The notes below the pieces were generated by a model, which saw only the letters and a program-made list of their open reading frames with translations, had not been told where the DNA came from and did not search any database. A DNA stretch of 64,000 nt. Source: Neoechinorhynchus agilis (lineage: Eukaryota > Animalia > Acanthocephala). The stretch is taken from the NCBI GenBank assembly GCA_051530055.1, contig CM121341.1, forward strand, positions 5,496,784 through 5,560,783, read 5' to 3'. Positions within the stretch are counted from its first letter, which is position 1. Each line of letters opens with the position of its first letter. A program made the translations under genes and the position numbers. Shown piece after piece: positions 42,761 through 54,169 of the stretch.

Positions 42761-43835
42761 AATACGAATTGATTCGAAGGAGAGAGCGGAAAACAGCAAC
42801 TAACTATTAACCAACCAAAATCAAATAAACCGAAATCAACCAATAGACCAAAAACAATTTCTACCAACCATAGGCCATAAAGTCCCGAAATCAATATTCT
42901 GCAAATTCGAGTGTTCATGAGGACACCAGCGAACTTAGAGTGTTCACGAGGACCCAAAGGTACATGGGTCCTTTTCTTTGTTAATTATAAAATTAGCAAA
43001 TGAACATGTTATTATTATCACTAAATCGGTGATGGTAAACGCTCCAAGTCCGATCCGTCACATGAAATCGATTCGACTCGATGTCAGAATCAATGGTTTC
43101 TATGATCCAGCGCTTAAGCAGTTGCCATTTAGTCTTGATACTGATGGGGAGAAAATTATGGGCTCTTAAATTAGCGATAGAACGTAATCGCATAATGAAG
43201 ATTTGTTCTTTGATTGAGAGGCCATTTCCAGTGCAATTCAACAACTGTTCATTGTAGGCAAAATTTAAAAGTTCAGCTTTTTTAGACGCTTAATTAAGTT
43301 GAATTCACAAAACGTATTTGCATTCTGCTAGACTCCAAATCTTGGACAGAGAAGTGATTTAATTAATCAGTTAGACTCTGAAGCAAACGGTTGTGAGTTT
43401 GTACGTCCCTTTGGATCCTCAGATACCTCCCTTGGAGATGGGACTCATCATTGTGTTTCCTTCAGCGGCATTTCATCCCCTTTGGTTATGAGGCATCTGT
43501 GATAATAGATTTTGATTCCATTATCCCTGAGACATGGATTATCTGTGAAAGGGATGTTTACAACACATCCGGCTAGCAAGACATAAGATTCCCAACAGTT
43601 AAAATGTATTTTAAATCGTTTTATGATATTCGACGGGTTTTTTGTTCATTGCTTACCTACACAAAAAAGTCAAATTTCGATTTTGATTGAACGATTTTAC
43701 CTCAGGAAAGTTGGCAGATGAATATTTGCTAAAATTGTTTGAGCAATAAAAATTAAGAAATATGATAACGATCACGCAAAATTGATTCAAAAGATTTATC
43801 CCTAAAAATTTAGGCATTAAGAATGACTAGGAAAC

Positions 43836-45530
43836 CCTCGACAATTAACACATTCACCACCTCCCGCCAAATTCCAGCTTTTGTCCTTCCTCGACCGTCG
43901 TCATTACGCTGGCAGCATTGCCCCGTTGTACTATCAGCGAGATATTTTGTCGAAGGAATACGCCTGCTCTTGAGTCTCCGGTTGCCTCTCTCAATTTCTT
44001 CGAGAGATCCTGGAGCAGTGCCGAGCTGCTGAGCGCTCCATACGTCTCTACCCGAAAGGGGACAAAATAGTGAGCCCTCGATAAGTGAAGATATTTCCGT
44101 ATTTTCCTCCCTTCCGCTGCACTGGCGGCACCACCGGCGATTTCGAGGGAGTAGGGGATGTTGCTGGCTGCGAGGGTGTCCAAGAGAAGGCATTTGCCCT
44201 CCCGCCACGGGAAGACCGAAATTCCATCGGGCATACGGCCGTCTAGTCTACAGAGCTGGGCGGGTTCTAGGATGTTCGGGAAGTTCGCCGTTCTCAACGC
44301 CCGAGAAATTACGCTGTTGATCTCAGAATGGCGTGAGAACTTTCCTCCTGACTTTCGGCCAACGAGACGGTGTCGACCGAAAGCATCAACCAAAGACCTA
44401 CATCGACAGCGATAAGTCCTGGGGAAACTGCGATCCTCGTTACCTCGTCAGTAAGAAGAGTTCCCACTGATGCCAGAGGAACAGCCTCCAACCACGCCCC
44501 CGATTCTCGTGTCGAAACTGCCAACAATCTAGCTCGGACGACCCCATCGCGAGAACCGGAAAGTAGAGAGCTGTGAGCTCTCGCGACGAGAGGTCCGTCC
44601 CAGATCGACTGTCTGAGGCCATTCACGGGAACATGGTTTGCGCCTGTCTGCTGGCACCATTCCTCAACCGCCACCATGAAATTCCGGTCAAGACAGAACT
44701 TTTCCTTCGAAATTTTCTTCGAGGCTGGTAGGCTCCCCTCAAACGATCCAAGAAAGGCCGGCAAGGCAAGGTCTACTAGCGCCCGAATGCCCAATCCCCC
44801 AGATGACACAGGCAAGGAAGCTTGTCGCCACGCTTCATCTGAGAAATCGACATCTAAAATACGCTCGAGACAAGCCCTCACCTTGACGTCGGAGCGGAGA
44901 GAGCGCTCAGCCTATCGCACAGCAACGAAAGTTTCGGTATGATACGACCGATCTCAGCTTTCACATTTGAATCAAAGACGCAACTACCCAGAAGGCTGAG
45001 TTGCTCCCGAGTCACGAGTTTCAGACCTGGAGCTATGGCCTCGAACCCACCCATTAGCTCCTTGACTTCGGCGGCGTCTTCGATATTTAATACTTGGAGC
45101 CCACACTTTTTAATATTGAGCTCAATGCCCATTCTCGAGGTCTCCATAATCAGCGTCTCCAAATCGCACAGTGCAACGGAGGGATCAGCTCCGAGCGTAG
45201 CGCCATCCAAGTACCAAGCGTTGAAGCTGGAATGGAGAGAATGCGCTATTGGATTTACTCTTAGAGAGAATGCGATTGGACCGAGGGGATCTTGCTGCAC
45301 TCCTCGTTCGGACCAAATGAGGTGGTCTTCGAAAAGCAAAGGAGTCCCGTAGGCATTGATAAAATGCTGGAAGGCTTCTGGTGCGTGATCCCTAATAGCG
45401 CAAAACATGATTTCTCTATTGAGAGAGTTAAAGGCATCCTGAAAATCGCACTTAAGAATCACACACGGCTCTAAACTCCTCGTAGTAGTTTCGGAGCGAG
45501 TGGACAATAGCTTCCGCCCCGCAGGATGTG
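43836..45530 (-). mobile_element. CRE-clade non-LTR retrotransposon (RT plus restriction-like endonuclease), 5'-truncated and frameshifted
   Basis: DFQDAFNSL, GVQQ-DPLGP, NAWYLD, ASLPVSSGGLGIR, RHSEIN..RAL, DGRMPDG..PW and ISLIVQRGNA motifs. Confidence 0.88.
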
Positions 45531-46799
45531 CAGCAGCCCAGTATTAACTGATTTTGATTGAGCTCTAGCAGGCAAGCTTATTTGGACGATGCTAAGGAAA
45601 AATACATTTTGGAAGAACAATATTAATGTGTTTTAAGATACTCTTGACGTGAATGTAAACTGGGAACAAAAACGGATTCCATTAATTTGCCGTTATTAAG
45701 TTTTATGGATAAAGTGGATAGTCCCATCGATTTCAAGAAATAAGTCAAGACTCCAACTTCACACGTATCCTCTTTTTTACGAATAGTTCATTTCCTGCGG
45801 TCCTGGAGTGAAGCAGAGCTGTAATACGTCCAGGAATGGAAATTTCCATTTTACCACTCTCGACTGCTTGATTTAGCGTATCCGATTCAAGTATATATTC
45901 AAGGATGGATACAATCAGTTTAATCTTACCGTCCATTTCAGTGCAATCGCAAACTGCCTTCTGGTAAAATAATCGCTTTTGGACCAAACTCGGTATGACA
46001 TATCGATTAGAGGCGCAATACTTAAGCCAAAACAAATCGCCATCAACCGAAATCAGAGCATTCTGTTCACAAAAACCTTTAAACTTTTTTCGGATTTTTG
46101 AACGACTCATCCATTTCCACCTGTGTCAGGTTTTTCGAAAAAAAATTCGGCACTTTTTTCAGTGGTTATCAAAAGCATCCGGTTTTTAGTTGTGTATTAC
46201 AGTGTTTTCTGCTATCGGTCTTGTGCAACCTGAGACGACGACGCTACCTTGCAGTTGAAGATCGTTGTGTAATGAGATAATGCCCAATTTTCAAAAAGAA
46301 AATTGAGCTGGCTACTATCACCGACGGTGCTTGCTCTGAGAAAAAATTAAAGTGCAATTTTCTAGAAATCTATGAAAACATTGACGTCTTAGAAGCTTAC
46401 GAGAAATAGTCTGTTCTTTTTTACTTGAGTTTAGAAATTTTCTAAACCACCAAAGGGGTTATTCATTGAGCATTACCAATTTAGAGGAAATATAATTGAT
46501 CCAGCGGATACTTCGTCGTTGTTTAACGGTGCAGATATCTCGTAGGTTCCTTCAACGCCGTCTAATATTTGCAAATTATCAAATTTCGAAAATGTGAATG
46601 AATCGCAGATAGATTCATCGCCACTCAATCGCTTGTACTCTTCAACCCATGTTTTGATTTTTAATTCCATATCCAAGTGCTCAATTTTCATATTCCAAAA
46701 AACAAGAGACATTTAAACGTAGCTTTCTAAAAGACATATTTTAGCTCGTACTTTTATGAGTAACTTTTAAGCTCATGTAAGTTTATCTTTATAGATAAA

Positions 46800-47642
46800 A
46801 TGTATTACACCCTCAGAGGATTAAACCAAAAGTGCTCATTCATGATAAAGCCACTTTTTTTGACGATTGTTCTTGCTCAATTTACGAAAGGTGAAATTCC
46901 TAAATTTATTCATATGATATGGCTTCAAGGGGAACCTCCAGACAAATACAAGACGAATGTTGATGAATGCATGGCACTAAATCCTTCGTGGAGTCTTTCA
47001 ATGTGGACCAATGTAAAAATCATTGACATGATGGAAATGGAATATTCAAATTTCGTTGATTTATACGATGAATTGGCAATCAACGAAAAGACGGATTTAG
47101 CAAGGTTTATGATTTTACATTCAAGGGGTGGAATCTATCTGGATATAGACCACAAATGTCTTAAGACCTTCACCGACGATGTATTTGGAGCAAGAAATAA
47201 CACGGATGTTATTCTAAGAAAAATTGGATTGGGATTATCTACAAGTTTTATGGCATCGGCGAAAGGAGCTGATTTTATTCTTAAGCTGATGGAAACGGTT
47301 GGAACTAGGAAATTCTGGTTTCTTCGATTCAGTCCATATTTGCATAGTATGTTTTCAACCGGACCAGTCGCCTTAACCATGTTCTATTATTCCTACGGAG
47401 GACCATCGAAAATTGTTGTTATACCAAATCAAGTGGCTAATAGGATTTTTGTCCATTTCCGAGAAGGCACTTGGCATACCTGGGACGGAAAATTATTCTT
47501 TTTCATCAACAATCATGCGGTGTTGGTGATTATGATTTTAGTGGTCACTGTGGGTCTGATATTTAGACGATTATGGCGACGAAGGATGCAGCTTTGGAGC
47601 AGAAGGATTATTAATTCATTCTTTGCTGCACTGCGAGTGTAA
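46800..47642 (+). CDS. GT32 DXD glycosyltransferase, SUR1/CSH1-like (intronless)
   Basis: IPKFIHMIW, DLARFMILHSRGGIYLDID, PYLHSMFSTGP, HFREGTWHTWDG and a C-terminal TM helix. Confidence 0.85.
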   Translation: MYYTLRGLNQKCSFMIKPLFLTIVLAQFTKGEIPKFIHMIWLQGEPPDKYKTNVDECMALNPSWSLSMWTNVKIIDMMEMEYSNFVDLYDELAINEKTDLARFMILHSRGGIYLDIDHKCLKTFTDDVFGARNNTDVILRKIGLGLSTSFMASAKGADFILKLMETVGTRKFWFLRFSPYLHSMFSTGPVALTMFYYSYGGPSKIVVIPNQVANRIFVHFREGTWHTWDGKLFFFINNHAVLVIMILVVTVGLIFRRLWRRRMQLWSRRIINSFFAALRV

Positions 47643-47937
47643 TATTATAGTTTTAATCTCTCAGGTGTTCAAGTACTCCGTGGAAATTCTCACTAATTTT
47701 AGTTCAAGTTCACTCGGCCTCACATCTTAACACTGCTCTTGAAAAGCTAAAATGGCGTAAAGGGTGGCTCTTCCATTTATTCGGCGTACTCATATTGATA
47801 ATTGCTATTCATTAACTGCTCAAAATAAAAATCGTCGAATTTCATTTTCGTCTCAGCTCTATTTTCTCTACAAACTCTACTACACATTAATATGATTTTT
47901 ATGAAGGTTGGCCAGCCGGTAACTCATGTCGATGTGT

Positions 47938-48181
47938 GGCCTTTTATCACACGGCTGATAATTTTTGGGCACACAGCCCACCGATCTGGTTCAGAGAAGT
48001 AATTCAATTGCTCAAAGCACTGAACCATCCCATAAAAGAGTTTGTACATTCCTCAGGATCCTCAGATACCTCCCGAAGAGGAGGGACCGGATGATTCAGT
48101 CTATTGAGTAATTGAATTACTTTTCTGAACGAAATCGGTGGGCTATGTGCCCAAAAATTATCAGCCGTGCGATAAAAAGCC
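47938..48181. mobile_element. MITE-like element with about 85-bp TIRs
   Basis: TTTTATCACACGGCTGATAATTTTTGGGCAC.. pairs with ..GTGCCCAAAAATTATCAGCCGTGCGATAAAA; internal GGATCCTCAGATACCTCCC is shared with about 43413. Confidence 0.8.
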
Positions 48182-48361
48182 AATATGATTATTAATATTT
48201 TGTCTCAATCTAGAATTGAAATCTCTAAAGTCTTCATATTTTTGCGTTTAGAAAAACGACAGCCCACAGTACTGTCTTTATACATACTTTTTACTGGTTT
48301 TAATTAATAATAATGTCAGTGATTTGCATTTAACGCTCGTTACTATGGAATCTGGTCAATT

Positions 48362-48691
48362 GTGAATATTTCAGACAAAATAAACGTTAGGAATAAAATG
48401 TCGGGACAAAAAATAACAGGTCGAAAGATATATAATGTCTCAATGGACGATTTAAACCCAAATCTCTACAGAAAATTAACAAGCGATGAAGTAAAGCACT
48501 ACAAAGATGAAGTGCATTCGTTCTTGGACAAAATCACTGATGAGTTTCTTAACACATCACAATTAGATCGCAGTCAGAAAAGAAGAGGGACTCTGATAGA
48601 TATGGAGCAAGGGATAGAGGAAGCAGAACGAATTTTAAAGATTTTGAACACTGGGAATCCTTGTGTGAAACATTTGGCAGATTTAGAATAA
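48362..48691 (+). CDS. Hypothetical protein
   Basis: 109-aa ORF with coding-like charged composition; no motif recognised. Confidence 0.35.
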   Translation: MNISDKINVRNKMSGQKITGRKIYNVSMDDLNPNLYRKLTSDEVKHYKDEVHSFLDKITDEFLNTSQLDRSQKRRGTLIDMEQGIEEAERILKILNTGNPCVKHLADLE

Positions 48692-49115
48692 TACAAAGAA
48701 ATTTTTCATTTAATTTTGAACCAGCGTTGATTCCAGATTCTGAAATTGTTTAATTGCAATACTATGAAGCAAGTTAAAATATTTTTCCTCTAGCGACTCT
48801 AGTTAGTCGAAATCATTTAAATAAAATATACTGTTCTAATTGTCACTGCACAAGTTTTGCGGACTACAAATCCGATCGCTATTCATTAAATGCAAAATTT
48901 TAATAAAACTGTTTTTGAAAAATTCAACGACAGTAGACCTTCGCTTCCATAAATTTGTCTGCTGGAACAATTTTTGTTAAATTCTAATAACTCACGGCCG
49001 ATTAAAAACTTGATCTAATGCGGTTTTTCGTCGTCGCAGAATTCATGAGTGTCCTATAGTTTCTGATCGAACAAAAACATTATGTCATATATCTTTGTCC
49101 TCGGGGTGAATTTGA

Positions 49116-49357
49116 TTGTACGTTGGCAAATCCTGTCCCCGGTGTTATCGTTGCTTATTTATTTTCGAGATATTTCACAAGGTTTTCCTTACCTCTTCAG
49201 TCTCTATTGTTTGAAAAGTTATTACAACTTAAGTTCGTCTCAAAGTTGTAATAACTTTTCAAACAATAGCGACTGAAGAGGCAAGGAAAACCTTGTGAAA
49301 TATCTCGAAAATAAATGAGTAACGATAACACCGGGGACAGGATTCGCCAACGTACAA
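49116..49357. repeat. Near-perfect 242-bp palindrome (about 115-bp arms, about 13-nt loop)
   Basis: TTGTACGTTGGCAAATCCTGTCCCCGG.. pairs with ..CCGGGGACAGGATTCGCCAACGTACAA; mirrored ORFs appear in the track. Confidence 0.92.
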
Positions 49358-49723
49358 AACATTGTGTTTTCTTTTGCTCTAATCCTAAGATTGAGCACAA
49401 TTTTTTTTGTTTTCTAGCCTCCTTTGATTCGTCGTGATGATTTTATAAATATACTTTGCAACGCATTAAAGAAGTGTTCAACCGCTGCTAAAGGCAGTTT
49501 AGTTCGCGTTCTTCGACAAAGTCCTCCGTAAATAAGGTTTCATAAAAGACAAACAAATTATCGTGAAGTTTGTTTGCAGGGCATTCTTTGATACTCTCAA
49601 GAAGCTGTCCATTTGTAGAAACAAAACTAATTAAGCTTAGACTGATCACCATGGCAACGAAATATCTAATAAGTTCAAATTCATAGTCGTACGACGTTCA
49701 TCAACTTGTACTTCGTCTTCAGA

Positions 49724-50065
49724 ATGGAATCATCGTGCCACGACTACCCGCTCAAAGACATCTACGTCGTCAATTTGGAAGTTCAACACGGTTCAACGAT
49801 GATGCCCTTGTTTTTGCAAAAGGATGAACCTATCAGAGTATCGGATCTCCAAGAGAAAATCGCGAAGGTTTCATGCGTTCCTCGGTGCATGCAACGAATT
49901 TACTTTGAAGGACAGTACCTCCATCGATGGCCTAATGCACGGCTCTCGGACTTTGCCGTCGTGAATGGAGTTCGTTTAACTCTTGCCGGCACCACCTGCA
50001 CAAGACATGATCCAAAGTGCACTGAGTGTCTCGTTTGTAAGGATGCCAACGTTTGTTATCACTGA
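49724..50065 (+). CDS. Small ubiquitin-like-domain protein (BAG1-type UBL) with Cys-rich tail
   Basis: LEVQHGS..VSDLQEKIAKVSCVPRCMQRIYFEG..LSDFAVVNGVRLTLAG. Confidence 0.7.
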   Translation: MESSCHDYPLKDIYVVNLEVQHGSTMMPLFLQKDEPIRVSDLQEKIAKVSCVPRCMQRIYFEGQYLHRWPNARLSDFAVVNGVRLTLAGTTCTRHDPKCTECLVCKDANVCYH

Positions 50066-52513
50066 GGACGCGACAGTGCTAAAATTATTAACTGACCAAT
50101 TTAAGCTCTTTTTTTTTGAATAAATTGAATAAATGACTGGAATGCTTTTCAAAAAATAGGGATGGATTGTGTCTATTCGGCCATTAGTTTTATTCTTAAC
50201 TTTCTTATGCTGACATCTTCAACGTTTGGCATTTCGGTATAAATTGAACGAAATCACTTCGAAGTTGAAATCTCACTTTTTGCACCATCATGATTTTCAG
50301 TCATGTCTGAGTGCAAACTAAGGGAAAGTAGATTAAAGCAGAGGATAATGTTGAAAGCAGTGCTGGCAGTTGGACGAAAATTTCGTTTCTTGAAGTATCG
50401 GCAAAGTGGTCGCTTTTCGATTATAACCATTGAATTTCACATTAATGTAATTTGATAGTTTTGTGGTTGTCAGAGATGAGCACCAACATTATTTTGTCCT
50501 TTGAAAAACATACGAATGATTACCAGGTGAACTAGCCGAATAGTTAGAACTTTAACAATAGTCAAATAGTTTTTCAAATTTTTCTAAAAAAAGAGCGAAT
50601 GTTGTTCACTAAAATTTACATCGCTCCAATTTTGTATTTAAACTCCGTGTCCATATTGGGGAAAGTAACACTTAAACGACAACAAACATTCACCTATAAC
50701 TAAGGATGAAAATCGATTCGGAAAAGTAGCTATAATTTTGTGCCATCAGCTACTGAATGTAAGAGTATAATTTTGAATCATTGTTACTATTGATAATTGC
50801 GATCATCGACTAAATGATTTTCTAACAAAACCTCGAATTTGCTAGTCGAATGCCAATTGGTTGCTTTGTCGCAAGTGAAATAAGGATCAAGTAATCTCTA
50901 AGTCGAAAGATATTTTATGTCAAAAATGCAATTTTTAATGAACATGATTCTTGTTCATGGATATTCTTTAAACCGTGGTGAATACCTTCAATGCCACAAT
51001 TTTGTCCTTTATTAAATACGTATCGAACCTCGTCAGATTCATTAAAAAACTGATGATGAACCCAACGAGGTTCTAAACGTATTTAATGAAAAATTATTTA
51101 CCGCGGGTGAGGACCTCAAGTAAACTTTTAAAAATGATCGTGCCCAGTTTGTTAGTTTTTCGATTAAACCATACGACCGCAGAATTGTTCTGAATAAGCT
51201 GTCGGATTTTTTTGTGTACTAGATTTCAAGATAGTTTCAAATGCTTAATAGCAATTACAAGTCCATGAGCTCAATTATAAATTGGCTGCAAAACGTCGAC
51301 TAAATTACGGTCAGTTCACACTCAATCGTGTAAATGAAGTAGTGAACTTTAATGATCACAGAGTCAGTCCAGATCGAAATCAAAGTCATCACACAGCTCA
51401 ATTTTCCTGGAGTAAATCATAGAGATAGTGACTGCTGAATGTATTGAAATAAAAATGATTAATATGTCATTCATGGCTGATTTGATGCGAAACAAGACAC
51501 AAATGCTGAGTCGAAACGGTTTCAATCTAAAGAAATACCCGACGTTCAGGTATAGATATTTTATTGATGTCATTTTTTTATCGATCTCAGGTCCTCAACT
51601 TGGTTCGTTTTTCCAGCAGAAGACATTTCCGGCATTACTCAAGACATATTCTTGCACATTTTCACCTAAGAGTATATTTTAGATCTTTTTTGGTATAATA
51701 TGGAGCCGAGATGCAAGTAGAAACTTGTTTATTACTGGGTTTTTTATTGACAATGTGGCCAATAACCATAAATTGCAATCGATACTAGGCGATATTTCTC
51801 ACGTCGTATCATGAGTCGGTTGGTGCCATCGTTCAAGATGTATCCTCGTGCTTCTTGTCATCTACATGATGTTATCATGCTCACAGAATATCATGGATAG
51901 AGTCATCTTCCAAGTTGACAGGTATATATTCCTTTCATCCTAAGGCAGTTCTTCACAAAAATATATTTGAGAACTGCGAATTTAATAGCTCTTGCGTTCT
52001 GAAATGTTTGCTGAAATCGCCCATTATAATTGAGTGTTTACGTTTCATTGATCCCGACAATGGGACACTTGAAAGTCAAACTCGTTTAAACTTTGTTCTG
52101 TACAAATAACCGAACCAACCATGCGTTAAGCCATGTTTAAATCAACAATACGATAGATGATCATCATCCATGAGCTGTGATGATTGTATTTTGATAGAAA
52201 GTCAAAGGCCAGAACTCTTATCACTTTCATCCTTATACAAAGTCTCTAAAAAGTCAATTGAGCGCCGATTGTCCGGGGACGCTTGGCGATCAACGTTATT
52301 AATGAAGTAGCAATAATATGCGAGCACCCCAAAATTGTCTCCTCGTTTTGTTTCACTTAGTTTCTTCGTATTTGTCACTTGATAAGTTATTCATATTTCC
52401 CCATAACGCCCAAAATTTCATCCCCCATTATACAAACTGACTCATCTCTAGGAAATCAATGTTTGCCACCTAAAAGAGCGTTCTACTATATACTTCTTTT
52501 TTTTCTATTTGAG

Positions 52514-53720
52514 ATGTCAATGCTAAACACTGACAATTCCTCTGAATATGGAAACCCTAAGAAATCGAAATGTGTACATTTCACAGCGGCAGGCGGTATT
52601 CATGGGATCTACATAAGAGAAGAAACTATCCGCGAGCTTAAGGAAACCGAAGTTCGAGTAGCAATCAAATATGCCGGAGTAAATTTTATCGACATTTTGC
52701 AGAAATTTGGATTGTACCCACAATCAATCGCTCGATTTTTCTCTTCATTTGTTCCAGGTTGCGAAGCGTCAGGTGTCATCGAAGCTGTGGGATCAAAAGT
52801 GAACTCAACTGAATCTCTGATGGAAAAAGGCTGTTCTTATAACTTCAAGGTCGGTGATAGGGTCACCGTCTATAGACCCGGCGGTCTGTATCGAGAAACG
52901 ATCAATTGTGATCCTAAATATGTTTTGAAGATCCCTCAAATAATGAGTTTACAAGAAGCTTCGTGTCTTGCATTAAACTATCTCACTGCCTACGATATGC
53001 TTTTCAAGATGGCTCGTCTTAAAAAAGGAGATGTAGTGTTAATGCCACAAGTAGCCGGGGGCGTTGGAACTGCTGTCGCACAGTTGTGTAAATCAGTTGA
53101 GGATGTGAAACTGATTGGACTCTGCTCTCAATCAAAGCACAAAGTTGTCAAGGATATGGGAGTTGATCATGTTATCGATTATCGGACCCATGATTACGTT
53201 AAAGAAGTCAAAACATTGTATCCAAAAGGTGTTGACATTATTCTTGATGGTCTTAACGGTGAGCACAGTTCAAAATTTTTCGACATGTTGAAACCGTTCG
53301 GAATTCTAATTTGTTACGGTACTGCTAGCGCCATGGGGGGAGATGGATATTTTATTGTAAAAATGGCAAAACTATTGTGGAATTCCTTGAATACATCGTC
53401 CTTAAAGATCCTAACGACAAATAAAGCCATTGGCGGTTATCATTTAGGCCGTCTAGCGGATGTTGACTACACTGAAGCCCTCGACACTTGGCAACGCCTC
53501 TTTGAGCTTTATACGAAGAAGGTGTGCGAATAAATCCTTTTAAAGGGTCGGCTTCAAAGGATTCATTCCAGTAATAAAACCTAAAATCGATTCTATCTTC
53601 CCGTTTGATCAGGCACAAAAAGCCTTGAGCAGAATGCACGAGAGAAAAAATATTGGAAAAATTTTGCTCAGCGTGGAGGCAACTGAACCTGAGATGTTTA
53701 CCAAAGACGTTTCCGAGTAA
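52514..53720 (+). CDS. VAT1: VAT1-like MDR-family oxidoreductase
   Basis: YAGVNFID, VPGCEASGVI, NYLTAYDML, AGGVGTA, NKAIGGYHLG, then IKPKIDSIFPF..RMHERKNIGKILL after a 49-nt insertion. Confidence 0.88.
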
Positions 53721-54169
53721 TTAAACCAGTTTGCGAACTGATAGGCTATATTTCGTTGGAAAATTCGACTAATAAATTTATGTCTTTTGGATTGCAGTTT
53801 GGAACAACAAGCAAAAGTTTGCGCTCTATAAAAAAACGTACATAGAAGGCGAAGGATTTAAACTGAATAAAAGCTGGGCGCTTCGAATTTTAAGGACAGT
53901 GCAAGGAACCCAAATTCCGATTCTTAAAATTTTCGTCCAGACTTGATTCAACTTGGACAAAGCTCAACCTTGTAAAATTTGCTGCGAGTGCTTTCAATTG
54001 AAGTGATGCCTTACCTCGTAAAGAGTGTGCGCTTCTGTTGGCGATGGAAATTTTTCTCAAATCGTAACCGATTTTGCTTCATTGACTTGATGAGAACATC
54101 AAAAATGCCTCGTGCGCATTTCAAAATCAAGGTCTTAAATTCGTAAAAAACGAATGTACAACAATATTT

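Noticed and set aside
45745-46712. ORFs of 121 and 79 aa beside the CRE element as possible transposon or host genes
   Set aside because: No recognisable catalytic motifs; left unannotated
52795-52845. Extra residues NSTESLMEKGCSY in VAT1 as a possible hidden in-frame intron
   Set aside because: Only a 4-bp stem and no clear boundaries; probably a loop insertion
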